A stretch of DNA of 41,881 nt from Candidatus Xenobia bacterium. GTDB taxonomy: Bacteria; Vulcanimicrobiota; CADAWZ01. How positions within the stretch are numbered: position 1 is the stretch's first letter; each line of letters begins with the position of its first letter. Made by a program: the position numbers and the translations under genes. Shown one piece after another: positions 1 through 9,606 of this stretch. The stretch is from positions 1 to 41,881 of the forward strand of contig JBGUKW010000034.1 in NCBI GenBank assembly GCA_045114665.1. The letters are read 5' to 3'. The notes beneath the pieces were generated by a model, which searched no databases, was not told the DNA's origin, and saw only the letters and a program-made list of their open reading frames with translations.

Positions 1-300
1 GCAGTTGTCGCTTCTATTTTAAAGAGAGCTTGTAAGAAATTGTCTGAAATGTCAAAAATTTTTACATCAATTCCACAGATTTTGATTAATGTAAAAGTTG
101 AAGATAAAGAAGCATGGAAGAAATCAAAAGAAGTTACTGATTTGATTGATCATTATTCAAAACAACTTGAAGGAAGAGGTAGGATATTGATTCGTCCTTC
201 AGGCACAGAACAACTTGTAAGAGTTATGGTTGAAGGCAATAAGGATGAGGAAACAAAAGAAATTGCCTACAAGATTGCAAGTAAGATCGAAGTGTTGTAA
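1..300 (+). CDS. glmM: Phosphoglucosamine mutase, C-terminal part (5' truncated by window edge)
   Basis: Frame open from base 1; phosphohexomutase C-terminal signature GRILIRPSGTEQLVRVMVEG and PQILINVKV. Confidence 0.9.
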   Translation, partial: AVVASILKRACKKLSEMSKIFTSIPQILINVKVEDKEAWKKSKEVTDLIDHYSKQLEGRGRILIRPSGTEQLVRVMVEGNKDEETKEIAYKIASKIEVL

Positions 301-620
301 ATAACTAAATGAAGAGATCAATTTTTTGTTAGTTTTCTGGTATGCAACTTTTTGTGTGTAATATACTCACTATTTCTCTTTTTTCCGCACATAGATTTTT
401 AATTGCAAAAACTACTATGGAAAAAAGACATATAGTTTCAGTATTTTTGGGGAATGTGAAAAAATAAAAAAATGTTCATTTAGAGTTTTTTAACACCTCA
501 CTTAATTGGATTTATACATATAAAACCTTTTGGAAAAATTTCAGCTTTTACCAACATTAAGAAGAAAAAGAGAAAAACAATTTCCTTTATTTTAGGGAAA
601 TAGGACAGAAGAGGGAAAAA

Positions 621-2639
621 ATGGTTCCATTTGCAAAAGAAAAAGATTTTTTTACAGAAATACATGGGATAAAGTTATCTGATCCATATAGATGGCTTCA
701 AGATAAAAATAATCCTGATGTAATGAAATATATTGATGACGAAAATGATTATGCAGAGGGTATTTTATCAAAAACAGGTGATTTGAGAGACAAGTTGTTT
801 GTTGAGATGAAAGATCGACATAATCCCAATGAGATAACTGCACCTAGAAAAGAGGGCAATTATTTGTATTATGCTAAATATTCAGATGCTTCTGCATATC
901 CTATTTTTATAAGAAAATCAGCTGAAAGTGGCAAAGAAGAAATTTTACTTGATCAAAATGAACTTGCAAAAGAAAAAGATTTTTGTTCCATCAGCCTAAT
1001 GAGAATTTCTCCTGATGAAAAAAAGATGTTATATGCTGTCGATTTTAAGGGCGATGAGTTATACGAATTACATATTGTTGATATAGATTCTAAAAAAGAG
1101 ATTGAAGCACCAATTCCAAATATTTTTGGAGATTTTGAATGGGCAGGGGACAGCAAGTCTTTTTTCTACACACTATCAGATGATGCACATAGACCTTGTG
1201 TTTTATTTTACCATGTTATAGGTGATTCTCTAAATAGAGATGTCAAAATTTGTGACCAAGAAAATGAAGAGTATGGGCTTTATATTTCTGTTTCTAACAG
1301 CAAAAAATATCTATTTATAAATATGGGAGCTATAGATTCTTCTTATGTTTATATTCTTCCATTAAATGATCCACTTGCTGATATTGTTGCACTTTCTCCT
1401 AATAAAAAGGGCGTTGAATATCATCCATATCATGTCAAAGATAGATTCTTTTTAAAAACAAATGAAAATGCACAGAATTTTAAAATATTGTCTGCTTCTG
1501 ATGTTGATTTTGCATCTTGGACAGAATTTATTCCAACAGATGATTCTATTTTTATAGATGATTTTGAGGCTTTTGATTCTTTTGTTGCTCTGAAAATTAG
1601 AAAAGAAGGTCGTTTTGAAGTTAAATTATTGTCAATATATTCTAAAAAAGAAGAATATATAGAGCTTCCAGAAAAATTTGGCACAGTTGAATTTGTAGGC
1701 AATAGAGAATCTTTCTCTGAATATTTGAGATTTTCTTTTGAATCTTTTGTTACACCTGTTTCTATTTTTGAATATCAATTTTCTTCAAAAAAATTGAATA
1801 AAATTTGGGAGAGAAAAATAGGAAATTACAACAAAGAAAATTATTCTATGGATAGAATTTTTGCAATTTCACATGATGGAGTTCAAGTACCTATAACTAT
1901 TTTCTACAAAAAAGACAGGTTTAAAAAGGGAGAATCACCTTGTTTCTTGATGGGATATGGTGCTTATGGTTATTCTTATGATCCATCTTTCTTTACAGAT
2001 TGGATTTCATTGGCTGACAGAGGTTTTCTCTGTGCAGTTGCCCACATAAGAGGTGGAGAAGAGTTGGGAAGAGCTTGGTATGACAATGGCAAACTTCTCA
2101 ACAAAAAGAATACATTTCTCGATTATATATCATGTGCTGAATTTTTGAAAGAATCAAAATTTACAGATAGAATAGTTGCTTACGGAAGAAGTGCTGGTGG
2201 ATTGCTTATGGGAGCCGTTTTGACAATGAAACCTGAAGTCTTTGACTTGGTCTCTGCAGAAGTTCCATTTGTTGATACTTTGAATACAATGTTAGATGAA
2301 ACATTGCCATTGACCATAGGTGAATATAATGAATGGGGAAATCCAAATGTTAAAAAATATTTTGACTATATAAAATCTTATTCACCTTATGATAATATAA
2401 CAAATAAGCAATATCCTCCAGTTTTTATGTATTCCGCATTGAATGATACTCGTGTGATGTATTGGGAGCCTCTTAAATTTATGGCTAAGTTTAGGAAAGT
2501 TGGAATAGATACAGAAAAATCCATTTTGCTTATAGATAAATCATGTGGACATGGTGGATATTCTGGAAGATATGGTAGAATAAAAGAAAAATCTGCACTT
2601 TATTCATTTATTTTGTTAAATTTAGGTTTGATAAAATAG
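621..2639 (+). CDS. ptrB: Oligopeptidase B / protease II (S9A prolyl oligopeptidase family)
   Basis: N-terminal HG..LSDPYRWL, HIRGGEELGRAWY, nucleophile GRSAGG, VPFVD, EYNEWGNP, NDTRV (Asp), GHGG (His); 672 aa. Confidence 0.93.
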   Translation: MVPFAKEKDFFTEIHGIKLSDPYRWLQDKNNPDVMKYIDDENDYAEGILSKTGDLRDKLFVEMKDRHNPNEITAPRKEGNYLYYAKYSDASAYPIFIRKSAESGKEEILLDQNELAKEKDFCSISLMRISPDEKKMLYAVDFKGDELYELHIVDIDSKKEIEAPIPNIFGDFEWAGDSKSFFYTLSDDAHRPCVLFYHVIGDSLNRDVKICDQENEEYGLYISVSNSKKYLFINMGAIDSSYVYILPLNDPLADIVALSPNKKGVEYHPYHVKDRFFLKTNENAQNFKILSASDVDFASWTEFIPTDDSIFIDDFEAFDSFVALKIRKEGRFEVKLLSIYSKKEEYIELPEKFGTVEFVGNRESFSEYLRFSFESFVTPVSIFEYQFSSKKLNKIWERKIGNYNKENYSMDRIFAISHDGVQVPITIFYKKDRFKKGESPCFLMGYGAYGYSYDPSFFTDWISLADRGFLCAVAHIRGGEELGRAWYDNGKLLNKKNTFLDYISCAEFLKESKFTDRIVAYGRSAGGLLMGAVLTMKPEVFDLVSAEVPFVDTLNTMLDETLPLTIGEYNEWGNPNVKKYFDYIKSYSPYDNITNKQYPPVFMYSALNDTRVMYWEPLKFMAKFRKVGIDTEKSILLIDKSCGHGGYSGRYGRIKEKSALYSFILLNLGLIK

Positions 2640-2726
2640 TTAAGTTTTTGTAATTTTGAAGGAAATATTGATATAAAAAACTAAAACAGAATTTAATTAG
2701 ATTTTGTTCGGGGGGAAAAAAAATTA

Positions 2727-3125
2727 ATGGCTAGACCAGTTAAAGCTCATAAAATAGTGCCATGTTTCTTTCACCAAGATAGAGAGGGAACTACTCGTTG
2801 TTTTACTTGCAACAAATCTCTTTGTTCCGAGTGTGCAAAGACTTATGATGGTGAAGTTTATTGTAGTCCTCAGTGTGCTGAGAATGCAAAAAAATTTGAT
2901 GCTAGAGCAGAAGATTTAAAGGAAATGGATGAAGTTTACAAGAGGCGTGAGCTTGTAAATAATTTTCAAGGTTTAATTATAAATATAATTATTTTTATTG
3001 TTATTTGTTTAGTGGCTTTTTTCCTGTGGAAAAGTGATCTTATTTTCTCTACTCCAGTAAAACAAAATATTGTTAATAACATGCCTGAATGGGCTGGCTT
3101 TTTAAAGGATATTTTGAAACCTTAG
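2727..3125 (+). CDS. B-box-type zinc finger protein with one C-terminal transmembrane helix
   Basis: CxxH-x7-CxxC-x4-CxxC...YCSxxC pattern followed by hydrophobic LIINIIIFIVICLVAFFLW. Confidence 0.75.
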   Translation: MARPVKAHKIVPCFFHQDREGTTRCFTCNKSLCSECAKTYDGEVYCSPQCAENAKKFDARAEDLKEMDEVYKRRELVNNFQGLIINIIIFIVICLVAFFLWKSDLIFSTPVKQNIVNNMPEWAGFLKDILKP

Positions 3126-3143
3126 TTTTAAGGAGGATTTATA

Positions 3144-5498
3144 ATGGATATAAGTTCTACAATAAGGTCCCAAAATTTATATAGAATTGCAGGAACTGTA
3201 AATAATATAAATTCAAACACAAAGGCCCTTCATGTTGATATGAAAAATATTAATGTAAGAGAAGACAGTGCTAATTTTGCCGACTCTTTTGTGTTTGATG
3301 GAAATGATTCTTTGCTTGGAGATGTTCCTGATCTTCGTTCTATTTTAAATACAGTAAAGAAAGACGGAGACTTTTCTTTCCCTTCAGATAAGAAAAGTCT
3401 TGAAAGTATGGCCTCCCTTTCAGGAAAACCTCTTTCTGCTGATGAACTTGCAGACGCCAAAAAACATCTCAAAGAAATTAAAGAAACAGTTGTTTCAGAA
3501 AATAATCCTAATCCTAATGAACCTAAACTTCAATGGATTAATTTGGCTGAAAGCAGTATCAAGGCTTCTGCACAAGATATAAAAGCAGAATCAAGAATTA
3601 TTGCTTGGGATAAGGTCAGGGCTTCATATAAAGGGGATATATCTCCTGTTTATGAAAAATATTTTAAAACATCTGGTATTTCACCAGCAGAAATGTTGAA
3701 AATTCTTGAAGTTTCAGATGATTTATCTTCAGATAATTCAAAAATGAAACTTGAAGGTAATAACATAGTTCCACTTATGAGAGGAAATATTTGGCGTACA
3801 AAAATGTCTTTACTTGATGAAGTTGCTAAAAATCCGATCGGTAAAGATGGCAAACCTGTTGAAGTAGATGCTGAATATTATGAACTTTCAAGTAGTGAAA
3901 TGATAGAAAAGTTGAGGAATGCTGCAAAAGCAGGAGCTACTGTCAAGGTAGTAATGGACCCAGGTCAACTTCAATATATGTCTTCTGGAGTGTTTGATGC
4001 TTCTGCGGTTGCTTCAAAACTTGGTTCTATGGAGGAATTAAAAAGAGGCTTACCAGCTGAAAATATGTCTGCAACATTTTATCCTATTCAGAAAAAACTT
4101 GGTGGTAGTGGTGAAATCATGCACCGCAAGATTTTTAGAGTAGGAGAAGATGTTGTATTTGGTGGTATGAATGCAAATAATAGATCTAATGAAAATGTTG
4201 ATTTTGCTATGAAAATCAATGGCTCAGCTGCAAGTAAGATTGGTTCTATGTTTGCTGAAGATGCTAAATTTTCTGCAGGAAAAAGCATTACGGAAGTATA
4301 TGGTTCTCGATTAGAGCCTCTTTTAAATAAACATAAGACTGTAATGATTTCAAGAGAGGGAATTGAATCTATTCTTTCAGCAAGTTTTGCAGAAAAAGCA
4401 GGGCTTGATGGGACAGAAACACATGATCAAAAAATAGATAAACTTATTGCTGCTGCTGATAAAGCAGGGATCGATCTTGGAAAAATTGCTTCTTTTCCAA
4501 ATAAGAAGACACAAGCACATGATGCAGGTAATAAGAGAGTTGCTGAATTTTTAAAAAGTAAAAATAAGGCAAAAATCAAACTCCATGATGATGGCAAAAG
4601 ATTGATGATGAAAGCAATAAAAGAAATTTTTGATTCAAATAATTCTTCTAAAAATGTCAAAAATTTAAAAAATTCAGTTCCTCCTGAGGGAAAGATTTCA
4701 GGTAAAAATTCTTCATCAGAAGTAGTTGCTGTTGCTGGAACAGGTGAAGAGAGGCAGGGAGTTCTTTTAAATGCTATTAATTCAGCAGAGAAATATATAA
4801 AAGTTTCCTGTTTTGTTATGACAAAAGATATTGCAGATGTTCTTGTTGAAAAGAAAAAAGCAATGGAAGAACAGGGTAAGCATATTGATATCGAAGTTGT
4901 AATGGATCCTGGAATTTATGCTTTTGGGGCTACTCCAAATGAAGAGGGATATAAAACACTTGAAGATGCAGGAATAAAAGTAAAATGGAATCTTTTGGAG
5001 AGATCTTCTAATCAGCATGACAGAAAAAATCACTCTAAATTGATGATAACCGATAAGATGTTACTTACGGGAAGTACAAATTTTTCTTCAAAAGGTCTTA
5101 GAGATAATTGGGAAGACAGTGATATTGTCTATTTCAATGAAAATAATGAAGAAAGTCTTGCAAATCAAAAACTTGTTACGGATGAATTTGACAAGATGTT
5201 CTCAAGACAAGCTGTTTCTGTTGACACAATTAGGCTTGCTAATGAGGAATTTAAGGATTATGATGGAGCTGATAAGGAAGTTTTAAAAGATAAGTATAGA
5301 AATACTGCAATAAGAAAAATGTGTGGTAAAATAGAAATTTATGAGCGTATGAGTGCCACATATATTGCAGGTCATCGCCCCGAAAATGTTCCTGATGAAT
5401 TTGGGGGTTATGATCTTCTCGATACCCTTGATGATGATTATATTGACAAGATGAGAGAAGACCTTCATGTTTGGAAAGATATAAAGGCTATGGCATAA
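3144..5498 (+). CDS. Phospholipase D superfamily protein with two HKD-type motifs
   Basis: HRKIFRVGED...GGMN and HSKLMITD...GSTN; RBS AAGGAGG upstream; 784 aa. Confidence 0.85.
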   Translation: MDISSTIRSQNLYRIAGTVNNINSNTKALHVDMKNINVREDSANFADSFVFDGNDSLLGDVPDLRSILNTVKKDGDFSFPSDKKSLESMASLSGKPLSADELADAKKHLKEIKETVVSENNPNPNEPKLQWINLAESSIKASAQDIKAESRIIAWDKVRASYKGDISPVYEKYFKTSGISPAEMLKILEVSDDLSSDNSKMKLEGNNIVPLMRGNIWRTKMSLLDEVAKNPIGKDGKPVEVDAEYYELSSSEMIEKLRNAAKAGATVKVVMDPGQLQYMSSGVFDASAVASKLGSMEELKRGLPAENMSATFYPIQKKLGGSGEIMHRKIFRVGEDVVFGGMNANNRSNENVDFAMKINGSAASKIGSMFAEDAKFSAGKSITEVYGSRLEPLLNKHKTVMISREGIESILSASFAEKAGLDGTETHDQKIDKLIAAADKAGIDLGKIASFPNKKTQAHDAGNKRVAEFLKSKNKAKIKLHDDGKRLMMKAIKEIFDSNNSSKNVKNLKNSVPPEGKISGKNSSSEVVAVAGTGEERQGVLLNAINSAEKYIKVSCFVMTKDIADVLVEKKKAMEEQGKHIDIEVVMDPGIYAFGATPNEEGYKTLEDAGIKVKWNLLERSSNQHDRKNHSKLMITDKMLLTGSTNFSSKGLRDNWEDSDIVYFNENNEESLANQKLVTDEFDKMFSRQAVSVDTIRLANEEFKDYDGADKEVLKDKYRNTAIRKMCGKIEIYERMSATYIAGHRPENVPDEFGGYDLLDTLDDDYIDKMREDLHVWKDIKAMA

Positions 5499-5523
5499 TT
5501 AAAGAATTTAGAGGTTTATTAAT

Positions 5524-7185
5524 ATGGAGTCTAAGTCTATTACTATAGGTATTTCTAATGGCTGGAAACTTTCTGTTCCAGAAGGCATCACTTTTGCTGA
5601 AATTGAAAAATCTTCTGGAATGGAATTTAAATATCCACCCCTTGCTGCAAGAGAAAACAATGAATTAAAAACATTGGCTGAACAAGCACATGATGGCTGT
5701 AATATTTCGTTCATAGATGGAAGATGTGAAGAGGGAAGAAGAATTTATCGTTATAGTATGGTCTTTATGATGTTAAAGGCTTTCTATAAACTATTCCCAA
5801 ATGCTTCTATAACTGTTGATCATTCTGTAACTGGTGGTGTTTGGTGTACTCCAAATATAGGCGAAACTTTTAGAAGTTCACATATGAATCAATTAAAACA
5901 AGAGATGATAGCTCTTTCTGAACAGAATATTCCTTTTAATTCATCTAAAGTAAAAGTTTCTGAGGCTATTGAAATATTTAAGAAACAGGGGAATCATTCA
6001 GATACATTGAGATTGTTTGAATGTTTTGACAATACAGATGAAATTATTGAATTATATGATTGTGGTGGATATGTTGACTATATGTTGACAAGAAGTGTTC
6101 CACATACAGGTTACTTAAAAGTATTTGATCTCTTATATTATCCGCCAGGTTTTATACTTCGTTTTCCAAGACCTAAAAATCCACTTGTTCTTTCTGAATT
6201 TACAATGGAAAGACAGATATTTAAAAAATATAGTGAATTTAAGCAGTTGGGAAAAGCAATCCAAGTTTCAGATGTAGCTGATTTAAATGCAAGTGTTGTC
6301 GCCAAAGAAACTCAGGATATTGTAAGAGTTTCGGAAGCTATTCAAGAAAAGAAACTTGCTGAAATAGCTGATATGATCTATAGGCAAAAAGACAATATCA
6401 AAGTTATTTTGATTGCAGGTCCATCTTCATCAGGTAAGACTACATTTGCAGGTAGATTGGGAATTCAACTTAGAATAAATGGAATGAAGCCTGTGGCGAT
6501 TTCTGTTGATGATTATTTTGTTGACAGAGAACATACTCCAAGAGATGAAAATGGAGAATATGATTTTGAAGTTCTCGAAGCACTTGATTTGAACTTGTTT
6601 AATGAGCATCTTGAAAAATTATTGGCTGGTGAAGAAATCGAATTGCCAAGATTTGATTTTGCTCAAGGTAAGAGATTTCCAAGTGGTAAAAAATTGAAAT
6701 TACAACCAAATCAGCCAGTCGTTATAGAAGGACTTCATGGATTGAACGATAGGCTTACAGAATCTGTTGCAAGAGAAAATAAATTCAAAATTTATATAAG
6801 TCCTCTTACCTCTCTAAATCTCGATAACCACAACAGAATTCATACGACAGACACTCGAATAATTCGTCGTATTGTGAGAGATAAATTGTACAGAGGAAGA
6901 GATGCACTTGGTACATTGAAAAAATGGGATTCAGTGAGAAGAGGGGAGAGATTGTATATCTTCCCATTCCAAGAAGAGGCTGATGTAATGTTCAATTCAT
7001 TCTTGGTATATGAAATATCTGTTTTGAGGAATTTTGTTGAAGAACCACTCAAAAATATTTCAAATGAACATCCTGAATATTCAGAAGCTCAGAGACTTTT
7101 GAAATTGTTACAGTTCTTTAGACCTATTGGAACAGAAGATATTCCACAAAATTCTATTATAAGAGAATTTATAGGAAAAGCATAA
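5524..7185 (+). CDS. Nucleoside kinase: ThrRS N-terminal-like domains fused to a uridine kinase/phosphoribulokinase domain
   Basis: Walker A IAGPSSSGKTTF, DDYFVDRE, IEGLHGLN, RRIVRD..RG, IFPFQEEAD; N-terminal TGS/ThrRS-like region. Confidence 0.88.
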   Translation: MESKSITIGISNGWKLSVPEGITFAEIEKSSGMEFKYPPLAARENNELKTLAEQAHDGCNISFIDGRCEEGRRIYRYSMVFMMLKAFYKLFPNASITVDHSVTGGVWCTPNIGETFRSSHMNQLKQEMIALSEQNIPFNSSKVKVSEAIEIFKKQGNHSDTLRLFECFDNTDEIIELYDCGGYVDYMLTRSVPHTGYLKVFDLLYYPPGFILRFPRPKNPLVLSEFTMERQIFKKYSEFKQLGKAIQVSDVADLNASVVAKETQDIVRVSEAIQEKKLAEIADMIYRQKDNIKVILIAGPSSSGKTTFAGRLGIQLRINGMKPVAISVDDYFVDREHTPRDENGEYDFEVLEALDLNLFNEHLEKLLAGEEIELPRFDFAQGKRFPSGKKLKLQPNQPVVIEGLHGLNDRLTESVARENKFKIYISPLTSLNLDNHNRIHTTDTRIIRRIVRDKLYRGRDALGTLKKWDSVRRGERLYIFPFQEEADVMFNSFLVYEISVLRNFVEEPLKNISNEHPEYSEAQRLLKLLQFFRPIGTEDIPQNSIIREFIGKA

Positions 7186-7191
7186 AATAGT

Positions 7192-7234
7192 AAAAAAAAC
7201 ATCGCTTGGATAATGAACCGAGCGATGTTTTTTT
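7192..7234. terminator. Bidirectional intrinsic terminator between convergent genes
   Basis: AAAAAAACATCGCTTGG-loop-CCGAGCGATGTTTTTTT immediately after the 7185 stop. Confidence 0.85.
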
Positions 7235-7266
7235 ATTGGAGGTTATTTTTATTGAATCGGCTGTTA

Positions 7267-7314
7267 AATAATTTTCAAAAATATTAACATTGTATCGTAT
7301 TTTTGAAAATTATT
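7267..7314. repeat. 17-bp perfect inverted repeat; arm recurs near 18411 and 19023
   Basis: AATAATTTTCAAAAATA (7267-7283) / TATTTTTGAAAATTATT (7298-7314). Confidence 0.65.
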
Positions 7315-7351
7315 ATGAGCTAATAAATTGATTTCCTTGCTAATAACCGAG

Positions 7352-7972
7352 TTAATAAAATTCTTTTGCAAATTTTTCGTTTAGTTCTTGTATTTCTTTG
7401 ATTTCATCTCTTTGTTGTAATTTTTCTGGTGTCGTATCTTCTGTTTTTATTCCAAATAATACAAGAGCATTGATAATTAAAATATTATTTTTTTGAATAA
7501 TACTTGTAACCATATATAAATCGTGTTTATGTACGAAAGGATTTATTATTGCACAAACTTTAGCACCATCAAATTTTTGACTTATACTTTCTGTGCAAAA
7601 GCTATTTCTAATTGTATCATCTTCAATGAAATCAATAAGAAAATTATGTTTAACATTATCTTTGTATCTATTATAACTTTTTATTGCATTTTCTTCATTG
7701 TCAAATTCCAAGAAATTTAAATCAATTACAAAATCTGATTTTCCATTTTTTGCACAAACATTTTCTTTCATTGCTTCCACATAAGAAATCATACCATTAT
7801 TTTTTAATTCTATTTTTTCATCTTCAGAGATTTCTTTTTCATTTAGTTTAAAATTATGTTTTTCTAAAATTTCTGTGAATTTTTCAGCAGTTAGATATTT
7901 AGCATAAGAATTAGGTGCAAATATAAATAGTGTTAATAAAGTTATTGCAAATAGTATAAATATTCTTTTCAT
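7352..7972 (-). CDS. Hypothetical exported protein
   Basis: 206-aa ORF with Sec-type signal peptide (MKRIFILFAITLLTLFIFAPNSYA); own promoter. Confidence 0.75.
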   Translation of the reverse strand: MKRIFILFAITLLTLFIFAPNSYAKYLTAEKFTEILEKHNFKLNEKEISEDEKIELKNNGMISYVEAMKENVCAKNGKSDFVIDLNFLEFDNEENAIKSYNRYKDNVKHNFLIDFIEDDTIRNSFCTESISQKFDGAKVCAIINPFVHKHDLYMVTSIIQKNNILIINALVLFGIKTEDTTPEKLQQRDEIKEIQELNEKFAKEFY

Positions 7973-8013
7973 TTTGTTATTATTTCTTGTGAATAATTCT
8001 ATTTATTTTTATA

Positions 8014-8042
8014 ATTATACAGTTTTGTTATTATAATTTCAA
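8014..8042 (-). promoter_or_regulatory. Sigma70-type promoter for 7972 gene
   Basis: Minus strand TTGAAA-N17-TATAAT about 40 nt upstream of the start codon. Confidence 0.6.
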
Positions 8043-8161
8043 GTGTAAAGCATATTTTCTCTATTATACCAACAAATCGAGTTCTTACTTTGGCGAACCT
8101 TTAGAAAGTAAAAAATAAATATTAAAAACAATAAAGAAAAAATAGGGGAAAAATAGGAGGT

Positions 8162-8204
8162 AAAAAAAACACTAGCTTGGAAAATTAACCAAGCTATTGT
8201 TTTT
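8162..8204 (-). terminator. Intrinsic terminator of the pspA-speE-LRR operon
   Basis: AAAAACACTAGCTTGG-loop-CCAAGCTATTGTTTTT just downstream of the 8222 stop. Confidence 0.8.
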
Positions 8205-8221
8205 AGTTTTTATTTGTTGGC

Positions 8222-9586
8222 TTAGAATATTTTTCTTTCTTTTGCATGCCAGTTTACATCATTATAATTATTACTTTGATATTTATTCTCTGTCCAAGAT
8301 GAATATGTTGCATTTCCATTGTAATAAATAATTGGAATATCCCAAAATGCAAATTTGCCTATTTCTGTAATACTTTCTGGAATTATCAATTTTAATGATG
8401 TGCAGTTATAGAAAGCATAGGAGTCAATTAATGTAACTGTGTCTGGAATTTCTATAATTGTAAGTGAGATACAATTGTAGAATGCACTTTCTCCAATACT
8501 TGTTAAACCATCAGGAATTGTTATATTTTTTAATTCTTTACAATCCCCAAAGCATTCTGCAGAAATAGATGTTATTTTTTTAGGAATTTCTATTTCTGCT
8601 AAATTTGAACAAGCATAAAAACATCTTGGTTCAATGTCAGCAATACTGTCAGGTAATTTTATTTCAGTCAAAGATGGACAGTTTTCAAAAGCACTTGTTC
8701 CTATTTTTGTTACTGTATCTGGAATTGTTACATCTTTTAAGATAGAACAATCTTTAAATACACAATTACCAATTTCAGTAACACTGTTAGGAATTTCTAT
8801 GCTTTTTAAACTCGAACAACCTGTAAAAATATTGCTTTCAAGAATCTTTATTGTATTTGGAATAGTTACATCTTTTAATACAGAACAGTTTTCAAAAGCA
8901 CCTTCTTTTATTTTAGTAACACTGTTAGGAATTTCTATTTCTTCTAATGTTGTACAACCTTTAAATGTATTGTTTCCAATTATTGTTACTGTATCAGGAA
9001 TATTTACATCTTTCAATAATTTACAATTTTCAAAAGCACTATCTGCAATTCCAATAACTTTATAATCTTTTCCTCTGTGTTTGTATACTGCTGGAATGTC
9101 AGCTTTTGTCATTTCATCTTTATCAACGCTATCTATTTTTTGAAGGAAAAAGAGTTGTCTGATATTTTCACTGTTTAATGTGACTTCTATGTATGTTATG
9201 TTTGGGTCTATTGTTGTACTGCTTTGTTTTGAATTTTTACTCTTTTTAGTTGTATTTTCTTCTTGGTCTTCTTCTTGTGATTCCTCTTGTTTTTCGTCAG
9301 ATGAATTAGTTTGTTGTATAAAAGAATTGATTATAAAATCTATCCAATCTGGAGACATTCCTTGTGATTCAAATTCATCTTTAAGCCTTGCAATTTTTAC
9401 ATTTTCTCTTTCATTTCCAAAGATTCTTTCTAAAATTTTGTCATCTAATGCTTTATTGATTATTTTTAGTTCTTTGGGATTGTCTGTACATAGATCTTTT
9501 AAATATGCTTTGAATTTAGTTGAATCTGTCAATAGACTATTATCTTTTTGGTCTATAATAAATTTTATTGCTTCTTTTATAGTCAT
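8222..9586 (-). CDS. BspA-type leucine-rich repeat (LRR_5) protein with N-terminal helical domain
   Basis: About ten 23-aa repeats of type IPxxVTxIGxxAFxxCxxLxxI; start moved from 9622 to ATG 9586 (RBS GAAGGA, no overlap with speE). Confidence 0.88.
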   Translation of the reverse strand: MTIKEAIKFIIDQKDNSLLTDSTKFKAYLKDLCTDNPKELKIINKALDDKILERIFGNERENVKIARLKDEFESQGMSPDWIDFIINSFIQQTNSSDEKQEESQEEDQEENTTKKSKNSKQSSTTIDPNITYIEVTLNSENIRQLFFLQKIDSVDKDEMTKADIPAVYKHRGKDYKVIGIADSAFENCKLLKDVNIPDTVTIIGNNTFKGCTTLEEIEIPNSVTKIKEGAFENCSVLKDVTIPNTIKILESNIFTGCSSLKSIEIPNSVTEIGNCVFKDCSILKDVTIPDTVTKIGTSAFENCPSLTEIKLPDSIADIEPRCFYACSNLAEIEIPKKITSISAECFGDCKELKNITIPDGLTSIGESAFYNCISLTIIEIPDTVTLIDSYAFYNCTSLKLIIPESITEIGKFAFWDIPIIYYNGNATYSSWTENKYQSNNYNDVNWHAKERKIF

Positions 9587-9606
9587 TTTCTTTTTCCTTC
9601 TATTAT

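Noticed and set aside
301-620. glmS ribozyme or other structured RNA after glmM; weak nested palindrome at about 379-464
   Set aside because: No glmS gene follows, no recognisable ribozyme core, and the pairing is short and AT-rich enough to be chance
8400-9060. 69-bp periodicity as a DNA repeat element
   Set aside because: Fully explained by the 23-aa LRR units of the coding sequence
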